A stretch of DNA of 64,000 nucleotides, taken from assembly GCA_977862235.1 (NCBI GenBank), contig OZ374559.1:1054001-1118000 (forward strand), read 5' to 3'. Both the position numbers and the translations under genes were made by a program. Shown one piece after another: positions 36,575 through 49,592 of the stretch (positions are counted from its first letter, which is position 1; every line of letters begins with the position of its first letter). This DNA is from Dudresnaya verticillata (taxonomy: Eukaryota). A model generated the notes under the pieces. It was given only the letters and a program-made list of their open reading frames with translations. It ran no database searches and had not been told where the DNA came from.

Positions 36575-37960
36575 TACACTAAGTATCCCCCGCGGGAGGT
36601 GTGCGCGCGTGTCTTGCGCCGTGCGCCTGACACTTGGCATGCGCGTGCACCGCGAGCTCACTGCAATATCGTCCAAAAATATCTAGTGTAGAAATACTAC
36701 TATCTCACTGTAAATCAGTGTCAACTAAGGCTGCGCATTGCTAGCGCGCACCCAATCGAGGAATCCCTCGGATATGTGTGGCGCGCGTGTGCGCGTGTAA
36801 ACGTGGATGAGTTCGCGTACGTGTGCGCGTGTATGCGAGCGGGCGTCCGCGCAAAAACCGGTTCCGAGCACTGTGTAGCAGTATGGCACCGGCCAGGAAC
36901 AGAAAAGAACAGAAAAAGACAGCTGTCCGGTATCACGCGCTAATGCGCGGTAGCTCGCAGGAGGTTTGGTAGAGTTTTGAAAGGGGACAGGCCCTGATCG
37001 CCCGAAAGGGGGTTTGCGGAAGCACGGTAAAGAATCGGCGCGACCGGCTGAGGGAAAATATAGAGGTTGCGACCCGGTGTTTCGTAGAGTACTTGTCGTA
37101 CGATTTCCGGGTATACTGGGCGACCCCTGCAGGCGCGGAGCGTCCGAACGACCAAAAGGTGAACACTTTCCGAACAACTCCGCTGAATGTTTATTCTGAG
37201 GGCGCCGGCTATTCCTGTGGCATAGCTGTAAGACCAGCGGTGCCACGCACGCGCAGCTGTAAGACCAGCTGCGCCACGTGCGCACCGCTGTGCGCACGCT
37301 GTCAGCCGGTGGCGCCGAAGCCCCGCTGAACTGTAAGGAAGTGCGCAGTGTCGCCCGCGCGTGCACGTGTACGTGTGTGACACTGAAACCCCCACGTAAG
37401 TACTACGTTTATTGTTGTGTAGTGTACAGCACCGTCCAGTGTAAGCGGCGGTCGAACGCCCTGCTGTCCCGCGCGCCGTGCGCACGTACTCCGGCGTAGA
37501 GCCGTTGAGTGCGTGACAGGCGCGCGCGTACTCCGGCGTCGAGCCGTTGAGTACGTGTCCACCGTTGCGCCCACGCGCGCCCCCGGGTTACCGTTACCCG
37601 TACCCGTCGACGCGTGTCGGGGCGCGCCCGCGCACCTCCCGGGTTGGTGCCGCCACAGGCCCTGTAGTATATTTAGTAGTCACCCCTCTGGGCTTGAGGG
37701 CCATTCTATCCATACTGGAGATGTGGAAATCGGAAATCGGAAAAGACTAAATCATACGTGGTTTCCGTGATTTCCGCTTGTGCTCCATTCTATACAACTT
37801 GTAATTGGAAACTGCAATTTGGTAGTGCAGTCGTCGAGTTGCACTCGGCTCTCCACCTCTACCCTTTTAGCAGAGTGCTCTACCTCATTCATGGGGTGAT
37901 GAGTCGGCAATCATCCGTGGACCGACCATCCTCCACCAGTTGCTATAGCACTGTGCCCAT

Positions 37961-39229
37961 ATGTCTCCCTACAGCCGAGTTTTTAAAGGCCGTGTCAAGA
38001 AAGCTATCAACAGGGCAGTTATTCGAAGGCAATATGGAGCCCCTGAGCGGCTTGCTGTGCTAGGAGCCACAGTCCTAACAGCTATCTTGGGCCCTGTGCT
38101 GCATCGTAGAGATGGGCGCTCAGGGCGCTCCGTCCGGAAGCGGCTTCAGTTTGACTTTCCCAAGCATATTGTGGACATAGGAGAAGAAAATTTCGAGCGT
38201 TTGTATCGGCTATCGGTCGTCCAGTTCTACATTGTGCTAGAGCTTATAAGGCCGTACTTAGACACGAACAATGAACGCTTGCCAGTGCATGGCAGGATAC
38301 CTCTAGAAGTTTGTTTGTGCATTTCGATGCGTCTTTTAGCGGGAGCGAGCTATCTTGATGTTGGATGGCCCTACGGAGTTGGCCCTGCCACTGTGTTTGT
38401 TCTGTTTGACAAAACGTTGAGTGAATTGGACAAAGGACTCCCCAAAATATCGTTTCCAGCGACATCTGTGGAGTGCAGGCGTCACGAGGAGGCCTTCAAA
38501 GCTAAACGAAGAACACCGTTACAAGGGATTATTTCTGCATTAGACGGGATTGCAATTGCCATCAAACAGCCCAGGCTTTGTGATGCGCCGGACCCGAGAA
38601 AAGATTTCAATCGCAAGTCGTTCTACTCGCTTTGTGTGCAAGCTGCAGTCGGTGCAGACTACAAATTTCTTTTTGTTTCCGCACGACACGCAGGTGCTAC
38701 ACACGATGCAACAGCATTCAGAGCATCTGGTCTGTACAGGATTTTGGAGAATGGTATACTTCCAAGGTGGTGTTGAATTGCTGCGGACGATGCGTATTCC
38801 AATGGAGGACACATACTTACGCCGTACAGTGGAAGAGGTTTACCACAGATCAAGGATGCTTTTAACTTCTACCTTTCATCCTGTCGAATTATTGTTGAGC
38901 AAGCGTTTGGTATGTTGGTTTCTCGCTTTGGAATCTTCTGGTCGCCACTGCGTTTCAAGCTACCCAAATGCACACTTGTGATTATGGTTGCGTGCAAGCT
39001 TCACAACTTTATTATTGATACCGATAAGGAACGCTATTTTCAACCTCTGCAAACCGCTGCGGATAACGATGTTGCAGGAGTGCCCACTGTATACACTCAA
39101 AATACTTTACACATGGAAACAGAAATGCAGAGGAGTCGACAGAGGGAACGAGAGAAATCTGAGTCACGTGATGAGGCTGCCGCTCGTTTGCAAAGACTGG
39201 GATACTTAAGACCACGAATGCGAAGATAG
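37961..39229 (+). pseudogene. Harbinger DDE transposase of PHIS-3
   Basis: LRL-like MRLLAGASY, ALDG.AI, FNRKSFYSL.VQA, GATHDA, ADDAY, FNFYLSSCRIIVEQAFG, ACKLHNF. Single in-frame TGA at 38774-38776. Confidence 0.92.
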
Positions 39230-39292
39230 TACGATTGGTAAATTGTTTCGCTGACTCCTACAGTTGACGAGTTAAGTTATCGACAAGGCGCT

Positions 39293-40801
39293 TCACAACG
39301 TCCGCGAATGCAGCCCTTTCTTCGTCGGTGGTGGCCTGGGACTCCATTTCCTTGGCTTGTGCAATTGCCGACAACAAAGCCTGTGCAGTAAGCGACCCTT
39401 TGCTTCTGATGCTTCGTACCGCACCTTGTCTCTCTCGGCTTCTTCTGTGGCACGAGCTACTTCTTCGTCACGTGGTTTAAACGCCGAAGAAAGGGCGTCT
39501 AGCCCGATAATATTGATCTCCTGGCCTTCCCGTCTACGTTTACGAAGCGGTCCACTTGATTCCTGGCTGAGCCTCGTGCCACTGGCGACACCCTCTTCGC
39601 GTTGGGCATCAGTCGGTAGCGCTCTTGTAGAAAGCGGTTCCAACAATGGGTTCTGTTTCACAAAGCAAAAGGCATACATAATATGCGCCCTGTTGTCCGA
39701 GAAATGGACAAACTCTTCTGGTTCATTATGGCCTGAAGCTTGATAGTGAGACAAGCACGTTCCAAAGTTAGACTTAAACTCTGTGAACTTTCGACTCAAA
39801 ACCCCAGCATGACAAATATGTGGCCGCTTCGAAGGATCAATTGCCGCTATGTCCGCTCGCGTCACACCTCCTGCAACCACGGAAATAGCAATCGGTTTGA
39901 AACTATCGTCATTGAACAACGGCGCAATATGATCTGTCCACGGATCAATAGGGTCAGCATCGATCTCTTCTCTTGTCCTTGGAACCATCAAATGTGTTCT
40001 AGCGGTTGTCATGCGAGCGTCTGCCAGCACGTGCAGCAGTCTGCAATACTCACTTGCCTCAAAAGGAGGTTCCCGTTGGTTTCGCAGCGCCGTGGATTCG
40101 CCGAGCATTGGCTCTCCAACTTGAACTTCTTCACCATCGAAAACAGGTAAGTCTCCTCTTATCCACCCGATCGTCTCCACCCCTGCCGTATTTTTGCTGA
40201 TACGTACAGCAGTAGAGCGAAGTCCCGTCAACGGAAGGAGCGAGACGTCTTCCGAAGCTTCTATCTTTTCGACAAGCTCCAGAGCATCATTGACACAGAA
40301 CTGTCTTTGTGTCATCTTGACTGCCAGAATCTTCAGCTTAATGACTAGCTTAGAGTTTTGAGCTCCCGTCACCTTTATACCTTTGAGTATCGCTTTACAG
40401 GTAGTGTTGTCAATTAGCGAGAATCGAACTAGTTTCTTGGCTTGCTCAAAACAAGTCGGAATCGTGACACGGGGGCTTTGCTCCACGTCATCAACGACAA
40501 CAGCTCCAACTTGATCCTCGTTCGCAACAAGAGGCGCTTGTAAGGGCGGGTGCTGATCCGCTCGTGTCATCGAACTTGGAAGAAGGGGGCTGCGTATGGA
40601 CTGCCCCCCGGCGGTCGAAATAACCTGTTCTCGATGCATGGAAGCTGGCGATGAAAGTTCTTCACTTGGACTTGGACTTGGGCGAATTGTTGCTGCTGGG
40701 ATAATTGGATGCTCGCTTGCTTCATGAGCTCGGCCATCAGCCTGAGACCTTGAACGTTCCATTATCCCCTGCAACGGCTCAACTTTAGCGTGCCGCTGCA
40801 A
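39293..40801 (-). CDS. ORF2 of PHIS-3 (putative DNA-binding accessory protein)
   Basis: 502-codon frame convergent with the transposase and inside the TIRs. Contains FEASEYCRLLHVL..W..LSRKFTEFKSNF..ASG and an NLS-like RKRRR. Confidence 0.75.
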   Translation of the reverse strand: MQRHAKVEPLQGIMERSRSQADGRAHEASEHPIIPAATIRPSPSPSEELSSPASMHREQVISTAGGQSIRSPLLPSSMTRADQHPPLQAPLVANEDQVGAVVVDDVEQSPRVTIPTCFEQAKKLVRFSLIDNTTCKAILKGIKVTGAQNSKLVIKLKILAVKMTQRQFCVNDALELVEKIEASEDVSLLPLTGLRSTAVRISKNTAGVETIGWIRGDLPVFDGEEVQVGEPMLGESTALRNQREPPFEASEYCRLLHVLADARMTTARTHLMVPRTREEIDADPIDPWTDHIAPLFNDDSFKPIAISVVAGGVTRADIAAIDPSKRPHICHAGVLSRKFTEFKSNFGTCLSHYQASGHNEPEEFVHFSDNRAHIMYAFCFVKQNPLLEPLSTRALPTDAQREEGVASGTRLSQESSGPLRKRRREGQEINIIGLDALSSAFKPRDEEVARATEEAERDKVRYEASEAKGRLLHRLCCRQLHKPRKWSPRPPPTKKGLHSRTL

Positions 40802-41869
40802 CGAGTCGGCTTGTTAACTGGGAGCGAAGCACGCCCACAGCAATGAGAAGGGGCGGGCGGCACTTCGGAGAGAGAGAGAGTTGGCTACGCCCAGCTTGCA
40901 GCCAGCGTCGCTTCGGTCTTTGATGCGGTCAGCTTGTAATTTCCTTGTCGGGGAAACTCCAGCTTTCCCCGCAGCCGCGGAAATCTGATAACGGTTGGAA
41001 ACCAAGGATGCCATCATGGCCCTTATTCATTGGTCCGCCAGAATTTCCGATTTCCGATTTCCCCGGTTCCAAGCCGGATAGAATGGCCCTGAGTAAACAA
41101 GGCAAGCCAGCCTACGCCAGGCTTGCCCCTTTCTGCTTTGGGTTTCTTTCCCAGTCCTTCGCCCTACGGCTTCCCTCTTTCCCTCGCCGCCTAGGCTTTC
41201 CTTTTCCTTTCCCTACCGTCGGCTTCGTGCCGCCCCACGACGGGGACGCAGGGATCCGGCCGCTGCCGCCCGCGTACGGTCCGCCCCGTGCGCGCTCAGG
41301 CTTCGACGCCGTTGATCGGCGACCGTCGACGACGAGCGCGGCCGACACCACCGCGCTATCACCACCGCTACCACCCTTCGACGGGTCTGGGTGCGACTAC
41401 GGGACCAGCCACGCTAGACGTCAGTTCGACCTGATGTCTATGCCACAATTCCGGCGTCCATAAGTAGGGCATGACAGCCGAAAAGTCTATCAGCCCGAAA
41501 GGGGGTCTAAGTTAGTCTGTGATTATAGTTACGAAGATTAGTACAGTCAGTACAATGTAAATAGGGGAATACGTCCCGGTACGGGGACTTGTTGGCGGAT
41601 ACGCCGGTGCGCAAGCCGGGGTCTCGGCTGCACCGTCGATGCCCTGAGCCCAGAGGCGCTCCTCGTTCGTGCGTAGGAGCGCAGCGGCGCGTCGTAAATC
41701 AGCCAATACAAGGCGTCCAATTGGCGCTACGTGTACCACGTGTAACACGTGTACCACGTGTCCAGTGATGAAAGGACAGCTGTCCTGGTTAAGGGACATT
41801 CTGTCCCGCAAAAAGGAGAGCGCTCCTGTAAGCCCTTCTGCTGACAGCATCCATTGTGCTACACTGGAT

Positions 41870-44046
41870 TAGAGAGCTGGTAGAGATTTGAGAGGACTGA
41901 AAGCCCTGGCAAAAGAAAAAGGGAAAGCCGAACCCAGCTGAATAGAACAATTCGTCGTAGACGACAAGACTTCTAAACGTCTAATGGTAGTTGTAACGGT
42001 GGCACCGTAGAGAGTTCCGAAGATGGAAAACCCCAAGGCACACACCGCCATCTGTTTAGTACCGGTACCCTGCTACTCAGCGGCCCCATAAATACGGCGG
42101 GGGCCGGAAAGCTACTACCCGCTCCGATAGATCTATAATACTACTAATTAGCTAATGTGGTGAAGTGAGTTCCGGGATCCGAGACGGGAAAATGCGAATA
42201 GTGTGGCCTGTACCGTTGTGGGACGTGTGAACGTGTACCCGTATCGGTGCTGGGTGCATTGCTATGTGCTGGCATACATTGCTATGCGGCAGTGGAGCGC
42301 ACTAACCGTGGCGGAGGATTTGTAGTATTTATTCTTTATTTTTAGTGAGTATCTGTACAGTGCGTAGAGTAGTGTGCCAGCCAATGTGTAGAAGAATGGC
42401 CCTTGGCCAGGTAGTCGGCGATAAAACGGCCCGACAGCCATCCTGGGGACAAACACTCTCGGTGGGCGTTGCCGCAATGGAAAAGGGGAAAGGGGGTGTG
42501 CTAGAGACTTGTAGTGGGTGCAACACCCAGGAACAAAGAAAAGGGAAGGCGAGCCCTACAGCGTAGATCAATCTCCGTACACAATAGGGCTTGTAGACGC
42601 CCAAGGCAAGGGAACAACGGTGGCACCATAGGAAGACCAGAAAATGGATACAGCCCAAAGCATACACCGCTGCCGGTTTAGTCCGGGACCCCTGTGTGGC
42701 ATAGACGCTGTGCGCAAAACGACTCCGTTGTCTACGTGAAAATAATCGAGAAATACGAATTTCGAAGTGACTCCGTGAATGCGCACGCCACGATGGCAAA
42801 CGTATTACAGTGTGCATACTGTGCACGCGCCACGATGGCATTCGCATTACAGCACGCACGCGATACGAAATCGCTGACACCTCCGGACGAATTCCGAGCT
42901 GACTTCGTGATCGCGCGCGCCACGATTGCAATCCGCATTACAGTGCGCCCCCGATACAAAATCGCAGACACTTCTTGGTTTTCCCCTTCTTTCCTACAAG
43001 TAACGGCTCCGAGGCCCCCGACGCGCGCGCACCTCCGTATGCATCGCTGGCGCACTTCCTAACCGCCACCATACGTGAGACGACCGTACGTTGGCACCGA
43101 GGCCGTTACGAATCATTCGAGTACGAACCGTCTCCCGCGTTTACGTGTATTCGTGCTCACGTAGTATTACTTAGCCAGTCGTCTGGCACAACCTCCGAGG
43201 GTTTCCGGTAAGCGAGTAGCGCCCGGACCTCGGAGTCTTCGGTAAACGCGTGTTTATTCGAGTGCGGTGTCTTCGTCTTCGTGACCGCGGATACGGTCGA
43301 GCCTCGCTTTCGATAGCCCCGCACACCCGGAGGCATCCCCGGTGATTGATCGCTCGAGTTCTCCCTTCCGCACACGAATACGTTGACACCGTGGTCCTTC
43401 GCGTCGGTCGCCCGCTCTACCACGCTACCACCCCTTTTCCTTTCTTCGTTTTTCCCTTAGGCTACGAGGCCACGCGTTAGGCTCCGAGGCCATCCCTTAC
43501 AGTGCGAGACTTCCCCGCGTCTCCGTGGACATTCGTTATACCACACACACACCCTGCTACTCAGAGGCCCAATAAATACGGCGGGGAGCCGGAAATGCTA
43601 CCCACTCTAAGTTAGAGTTATAATACTGACAGCTACCCAGTACTGTGCACTAAAGGTGGATTACAATGCAAAGATAGAAGTGAGCGGTAGTGCCACTAGG
43701 AGGTACATGCGTATAGTAGAATGACTTCAAAGTCAAAAAGGAGAACAACACAGCAGGACAGCTGTCTTAGAAGTGATATTCCACTGCGTAGATGGTAGCT
43801 CTGTAAAGGGGTGGTAGAGACTTGGTAGGGTTTAAAGCCCTAGGAAGATGGGTAAAGGGAAGGCAACCCCAGCCGTGTAGACACCCAATGGGGTTTGTAG
43901 CGGTAGCACCGTAAGTATCCAAAAAGGGGAAAACCCAAGACACATACCGTTGCCATTTTAGTGCCGGGCCCCTGCTACTCAGGGGCCCCATAAATACGTC
44001 GAGAGCCGAAAAGGTGCTACTCGCTCAGTTAGAGCTCTAATGCTAA
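41870..44046 (-). mobile_element. Three successive diverged fragments of LTR family F
   Basis: The motif CCCTGCTACTCAG..GGCCC..TAAATACG..GCCG.AAA recurs near 42069, 43552 and 43970, each preceded by a similar purine-rich block. Confidence 0.65.
42695..43545 (+). mobile_element. Solo LTR, family C, copy 2
   Basis: TGTGGCATA..TATACCACA. TSD CCCTG, with the right copy displaced by an extra CACACA. Confidence 0.9.
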
Positions 44047-44377
44047 TAACACTGCGGGCCACATTTCCGGGACCACCGGACTGCATACGTGTAAACAAAA
44101 GTTTAAAATTGAATCAATGGGAGTGGAAAAGCGCGAACTCCGCCTTCCACCGACGCCGACGCCCAGACTTCAGCCCGACACAACTTCATTCCCTGACTTG
44201 ACGCCTCTCCCAAAGCTCGCCCAGATCCTCCCTATCGTCTTCCCTGGTCCTTGGCGACGGCGGGCGCGACAGAGTGGGTGCCATTACGCACGTAGGCGGC
44301 AATTTCGGCTTGCTTGTCTGCCGCGTCCCCACTCTTCCGCCAAATCGACTACGCTCCCCTGGGATCGACCCTTCCCC

Positions 44378-46147
44378 ATGGCGCGCATCCTTTTCGCAAC
44401 AAAGCGGCAAGCCGAGCGGGCTCGGGATTCACTTCGTGAGGTTGTGAAGAAACTCAGAGAGAACCGGATCACGCTTCGCCTCGCCGCAATTGAGCTCGGT
44501 CAACAATCAGGTCTTGTCAAGTTTTCTAAGTCTGCTCTTCAGCGATGGATTCACTGCCCGGGGCCTGTCATTGTAAAGTCCAAAACTGGGTTTTACCTTT
44601 CAAGTGCGAACAAACCGCAAAACCGAGCACTGGATGTAGAAGAGGAGAGTGCCTTGGTTTCGGAGGTTTGCACACAACTGCAAGGAAAATCGCACCTAAC
44701 AATTGGGCAAGTCCGAGCAATTGCTCAAACGTTTGCCGACGCTATCAAGGAAAACGTAGACCCTCTATCCCGTGCGCGCCTCCAAAGATGCACCTTCCCA
44801 GCTAAGTGGGTGGCGCGATTTATTGATCGTAACAGGGACAAGCTCAGTCGCTTCGTGGCTCGTCCCGTCGATCACGTCAGAGTGATGGCCTTCAACATGC
44901 CCACAATTTCGGAGTTCTTCGCACAAGTGGAGATAGCCTACCAAAAGTACAAGATTCAGCATGCGTGGCAGGTGTTCAATTTAGACGAAACAGGGTTCAC
45001 GCCGGGGAAGGATCTTTGCGGAAAGACAGGGCATAGAGTTGTCACAGAAGCAGGCAATCGAGCGACGTGGTCCAAGGTCAACTTTAAATACGTTTATCGC
45101 ATATCGTTACTCACGTGCATCAACGCTGCTGGCAAGTCTTTCACACCGGCTGCTGTTTTCAAAGGCGTGCGTGAACCCACGTTGACAGGAAGATTAGATG
45201 CCACAAAACTCTCTGCCCTGATGCCGTCCGGCTGGACGGCCTACTGGCGCCGCGACACGGCGAGCATTGATAGCGGAATATTTATCAAGTGGGTCGCTTT
45301 GTTTTCTGAGTCCGTCCGTCAGCAGTACGGCTCAGAGAATTGGCTCATTATGTTCTTCGATGCGTGCAGATCTCATATGACGTCGCAGGCCATTGGCATA
45401 TTTTTAAAGAACAAGATTGCCGTGTTTGCTCTCCCGGCACACACAAGTGACCGAATGAAACCCTTAGATGTATCAGTCTTCGGCGCATTCAAGCACTATA
45501 TTAATAAGGAGGTTTCGCGGCGAGCACTTGTAGAGGCGCAATAGAACAAACGCTTCGAAAAACTCTCCGGCGGAGACGTCTGGGAATCCATTTTGGGATG
45601 TTATGAGCACGCCTTCATAGAGAGCAACATTAAGAATGGGTTCCGAGAAACAGGCCTATGGCCAATGGATATCACTACTGTTATAGGTATTGGACTAAGA
45701 AGGGGCGCACATGACAGTTCGATCGCATGTGCCGACGAGGTGCTTGCTGAGAAAAAGGCATCCCTGCTCCAGTTTAAACGATTCGGCCCGTATGACGCCT
45801 CGGTGCGCGGTGGGTATGTTGATACGACTAGAGGAATAGAACTAACCCAGGCGGATGTTGTAAGTTTATTCGAAGCACTTGAGGGAGACAGAAAGGAACG
45901 CGCAAAAGAAAAAGAGAACTGGGCTTTGACCAAGCATGCAGAAGATGAAGCAAAGAGAGAGAAGCAACGCGAATTCGCCAATCGCGTCCAGATAGCAAAG
46001 GCCATCGATCGTCTGCGACGACATAACATGCCGTTAGTCATGCCTCGTACAATGCTAGAACGTAGGGTAGAGATCCGAAGGATATTGGCGAGAAAGAGGT
46101 TAGCTAGGGCTTTAGAAGAACAGGACAGGCAGGAAGTGTCGGACTAA
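44378..46147 (+). pseudogene. pogo-type transposase (CENP-B-like HTH plus DDE_1)
   Basis: KWVARFIDRN, FNLDETG, FFDACRSH, LPAHTSD.MKPLDVSVFGAFK, NIKNGFRETGLWP. In-frame TAG at 45542-45544. Confidence 0.92.
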
Positions 46148-46306
46148 GTATGTGCAGTTAGCAACGTACCCGTACATCATTGCTCTGCCGCGCGAAAGTA
46201 ACCAATCCTCCCTGGTTCAAAGCCAGGCCTGCCCCGGGGTTGTGCGTAGTCAGCGTGCTAGCACCCGCTAGCATTGAGCTCAATAAACAACTAGAGCAGC
46301 AACGCG

Positions 46307-47130
46307 ACCACAAGCGCCGGCGCGGTGTTGCGCGCGATAACAGGCGCCGTGTCGCGCACGTCGCAGCGCGGCGGCGGCGTGCGACTTGGGCGCTGCAGCG
46401 CGGCGGCGGCGTGCAACAACAGGCGGGGGCACGGCGGGGCGGCGGAAGCGTGCGACAACAGGCGAGGGAGCAGCAGGGAGGCGGTGTGCGACAACAGGCG
46501 CGCCCCCGCGGGGCGCAGCGGCACAGAGGCGGGGCGCGACAACAGGCGAGGGAGAAGCGGGACGGCGGCGGAGTGCGACAACAGGCGCGCCCGCGCGGGG
46601 CGCAGCGGCACATTTGCGAGGCGTGACAACAGGCGAGGGAGTAGCGGGGCGGCGGCGGCGTGCGACAACAGGCGGCGGCATGCGACAACAGGCGCGCCTG
46701 TTGCGCGCCTGTTGTTTCCCTCGCGGGGGCGCAGCGGCGCAGAGGCGACGCGCGACAACAGGCGAGGCGCGGGGGCACAGAGGCGGCGCGCGGTAACAGG
46801 CGAGGGTGCAGCGGCGCAGAGCCGGGGCGTGAAAACAGGCGAGGGCGCAGCGGCGCAGAGGCGGCACGCGACAACAGGCGAGGCGCGGGGGCACAGAGGC
46901 GGCGCGCGGTAACAGGCGAGGGTCCAGCGGCGCAGAGCCGGGGCGTGAAAACAGGCGAGGGCGCAGCGGCGCAGAGGCGGCACGCGACAACAGGAGGAGG
47001 TGCGGAGGGCGCGGCGGCGCGCAACAGGCGAGGGCCCGGAGGCGCGAGCGAGAACAGGCGGCGGCGCTGCGACGGCGGCGGCGCGTGTGAGCACAGATGG
47101 AAGCGCGGCGGCGCGCACGAGCACAGGTTG
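46307..47130. repeat. GC-rich modular minisatellite inside the pogo element
   Basis: More than 20 copies of the core (CG)ACAACAGGCG separated by GGCGCAGCGGCGCAGAG-type modules. Confidence 0.92.
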
Positions 47131-49592
47131 CGGACAGCGGTTCAGTGCAGTCGACGTTTTGCCGGGATGGGGTGGTAGTCGCGGGGGTTCCAGGTGCCTC
47201 GCTCACAGGAGTACGACCAGGGGCGACCAGACAGCCTCGTACTGATTTTTGGCCAAACGAGGCTCTGTTTGAGGAACCGCGGAGAAACCTCATATATCAC
47301 CCTGGATCTGCATGTCCCGGAAATAGGGTCGTCAGTGTTACTTAGCTAATACTGTACAATAACATGTATGCTATGTCCTTAGATAGGAATGAGTGGTCAG
47401 GCCACGGGGCGAGAGCGGGGCCACTGTCAGGCGCCGCGGTACAAACATCCGCCAGCAGTGCGCATGGCGCGATGTTGCGGCCCTAGTTAAACCCCCAATG
47501 GCATAGGGCCATATCACCGGGAGACGTTCGCCTTACAGATTAAAGCTGCACATGTGTTGCCTTACAGCGCAGGAGCGCTTCAGCAATTAATCAATCACTG
47601 TCTTACAGCTATATCACTCAGGCCGTTATGCGCCCGTCAGTCCTTACAGAGGACTCGTGTCCACATGTCTCCTTACAGGGCGTCAACGCCCGTCGTACCA
47701 CAATACCTGCCGCTGTTTGGCGCGCCATGCCAAAAATATGAGTGACCATAATTAATCCCCCAATGAGAGTAAGCCATCTCAATCGTCACATCCTTGTGCG
47801 CCCCACGCCTTACAGGCGTCTCGAGTACACGTGTGTGCTTACAGAGATCGGGCGCTCGTTATTCCGCACAATGAGAATGCTGCGCACGTCCGTGTCGGAG
47901 ATTGGGACTAACAGGGCCGATTCCACTATGGGTCTAGAGCACTAGGGTCTGGCCCACACGGACCGGACCGCTCGGTGCCACCCTGACTTGTATATCAGGG
48001 CGGCACCGCAGCGTCTCCTAAGGTAAACGGGCAAGCAACGCTTGAGCCTCAATCCCACTGTAGCTCTTTCCTTTACGGTTTTCCCAGCGCCGAGCCCGTT
48101 GCGGTCTACCACCACCACCGTTACGGAGTCCGTCCCGGCACTTGTACCACCCCCTTTTCTGTTGCTTCCCAATATCCGTTTCGGTTAGCCGCTCGCTGTT
48201 CTCCCTGTCGGTGCGAACTGCTCTACCACCCCGTGGAGGTAGTGTCGCTCTCGTCCCGTAAAGGAAAGTAAGGCCAGCTGTCCATTACCGAATCGCGTGG
48301 GTTCTCACTACACCACAGCTAATACTGTATAGTAACAGTTAGAATAGCAATTAGAATAGTAATGAGTTTTCAGGACATTTGCTTGCGCACGGCGTCACTG
48401 TAAGAAGCCGTTGCGAAAATATCTGCCAAAAGATCTCGAATCTCAGCCACCCAGAACGCGTAGTGCTCCTATATTTAATCTTCCAATCGCATAGAGCCAT
48501 TTCACCAGTGGTTTGGTGTGGGTGCTCCCGCCTTACAGCAAATACCTGTACAACCGGGATCCAATCCCCAGTGGTAACGCGGACGAGGGCGGTTCGCGCC
48601 CGGGTGCCACAGGCGGTGACCAAGCCGGCGACGCCGCCGGTCAGCCCGCCACCGAGATCGAAGAGACCCTCGAGGGGTCCGGAAAAGAGGACGAGTCCGA
48701 CTATTTCGAATCAGAGAGTACAGAAGAGTCCTCTGTCGACGAGCCCTACCATAGCTCGCAGCTTGACGCTTTTACGAAGCGTTGACACAAACAGAATCGG
48801 GGGCGGCGGATCCCGCCCCGCTTCGTCATTTTTCTACTGGTTCACTACTTTTCTCTATCATGGCGCGGGGAGGGCCCCGCTCCACGGCCCTCCTGACCAC
48901 AATCGGGGGGCCAATAAACGAAAATCTACACGTGCGGACCCGTCACGTGGCTTTATTACGGCTTGTATTTGCGAATCACATTGTAATTCCCCGTCCGCGT
49001 GCTATTGGCGGGCTGGGTCACACCGGAGGTCACTTGTGAGCTCGCGGTGTGACCCCGTGCCGGCTGGTGCTGTACTGCACACTAGAGTATTTCGGCCGTG
49101 CGCGGCCCGCCCAACTCCGCTTGGACAGGTTCGTTGCCAGCCGGATGTGCCTGATCGGCGCAGTCTGCCGTCGATAGCAGAGGAAGACCTGAGGGCGTGA
49201 CCCGTGGGACAATGTGTGAGCCGCCGCGAAGGTCGGGACCGGGCACGGACACGTTCCTCCTTACAGCAAAGGGGCGCTCGTTGTACCACACCTCCCTCCC
49301 CTGCACCCCTGCGCACCCAGAGCCCAGCCCCCATGCTCACCCCCTACCGGGCACCACTCTCTCCCCCACTGGCAATAACGCCGGCCTTACTACCTTACAT
49401 CTCTGATGTATTATCGCCCCCAGGTGCAGGCATTCCCGTCTGTGCGACATACTTTCCTATTTACCTTCCAGGCACCCCATAACCTTTACCAATAGTACCC
49501 TTGCACCTATCTAACGCCTGCATTGAATTGTACGACGTTTGGACGCACCCAGCGACAATTTTACTATTCGTGGTGACATGTTCTCGGCCTAC

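Larger units (their letters stand above)
37698..41089 (+). mobile_element. PHIS DNA transposon 3 (PIF/Harbinger; TGA TSD)
   Basis: TIR GGGCCATTCTATCC, TGA on both flanks, and subterminal GGAAATC repeats at both ends. Confidence 0.93.
37216..41447 (+). mobile_element. Solo LTR, family E, split by PHIS-3
   Basis: Termini TGTGGCATAG..CTATGCCACA, TSD ATTCC. Confidence 0.88.
36874..41863 (-). mobile_element. Solo LTR, family D, split by LTR E
   Basis: 36874-37215 joined to 41453-41863 aligns collinearly to 54701-55469. Left flank CACTG recurs overlapping the right terminal CA. Confidence 0.82.
44049..47338 (+). mobile_element. pogo/Fot1-like (Tc1/mariner superfamily) DNA transposon
   Basis: Imperfect TIR ACACTG....CC..ATTTCCGGGAC, TA on both flanks. 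Confidence 0.88.

Noticed and set aside
25950..36870. An older LTR-like host split by LTR-C, gypsy-1 and LTR-B
   Set aside because: Probably real, but I could not fix both termini or a TSD.
46158..47293. Long Cys/Arg/Ala-rich ORFs in several frames, and a CRISPR-like look
   Set aside because: These are by-products of a stop-free GC minisatellite. The spacers are themselves repeated, and there are no cas genes.
47341..49592. LTR remnants and an acidic 90-aa ORF (48513..48785)
   Set aside because: Boundaries are unresolved and there is no domain evidence.
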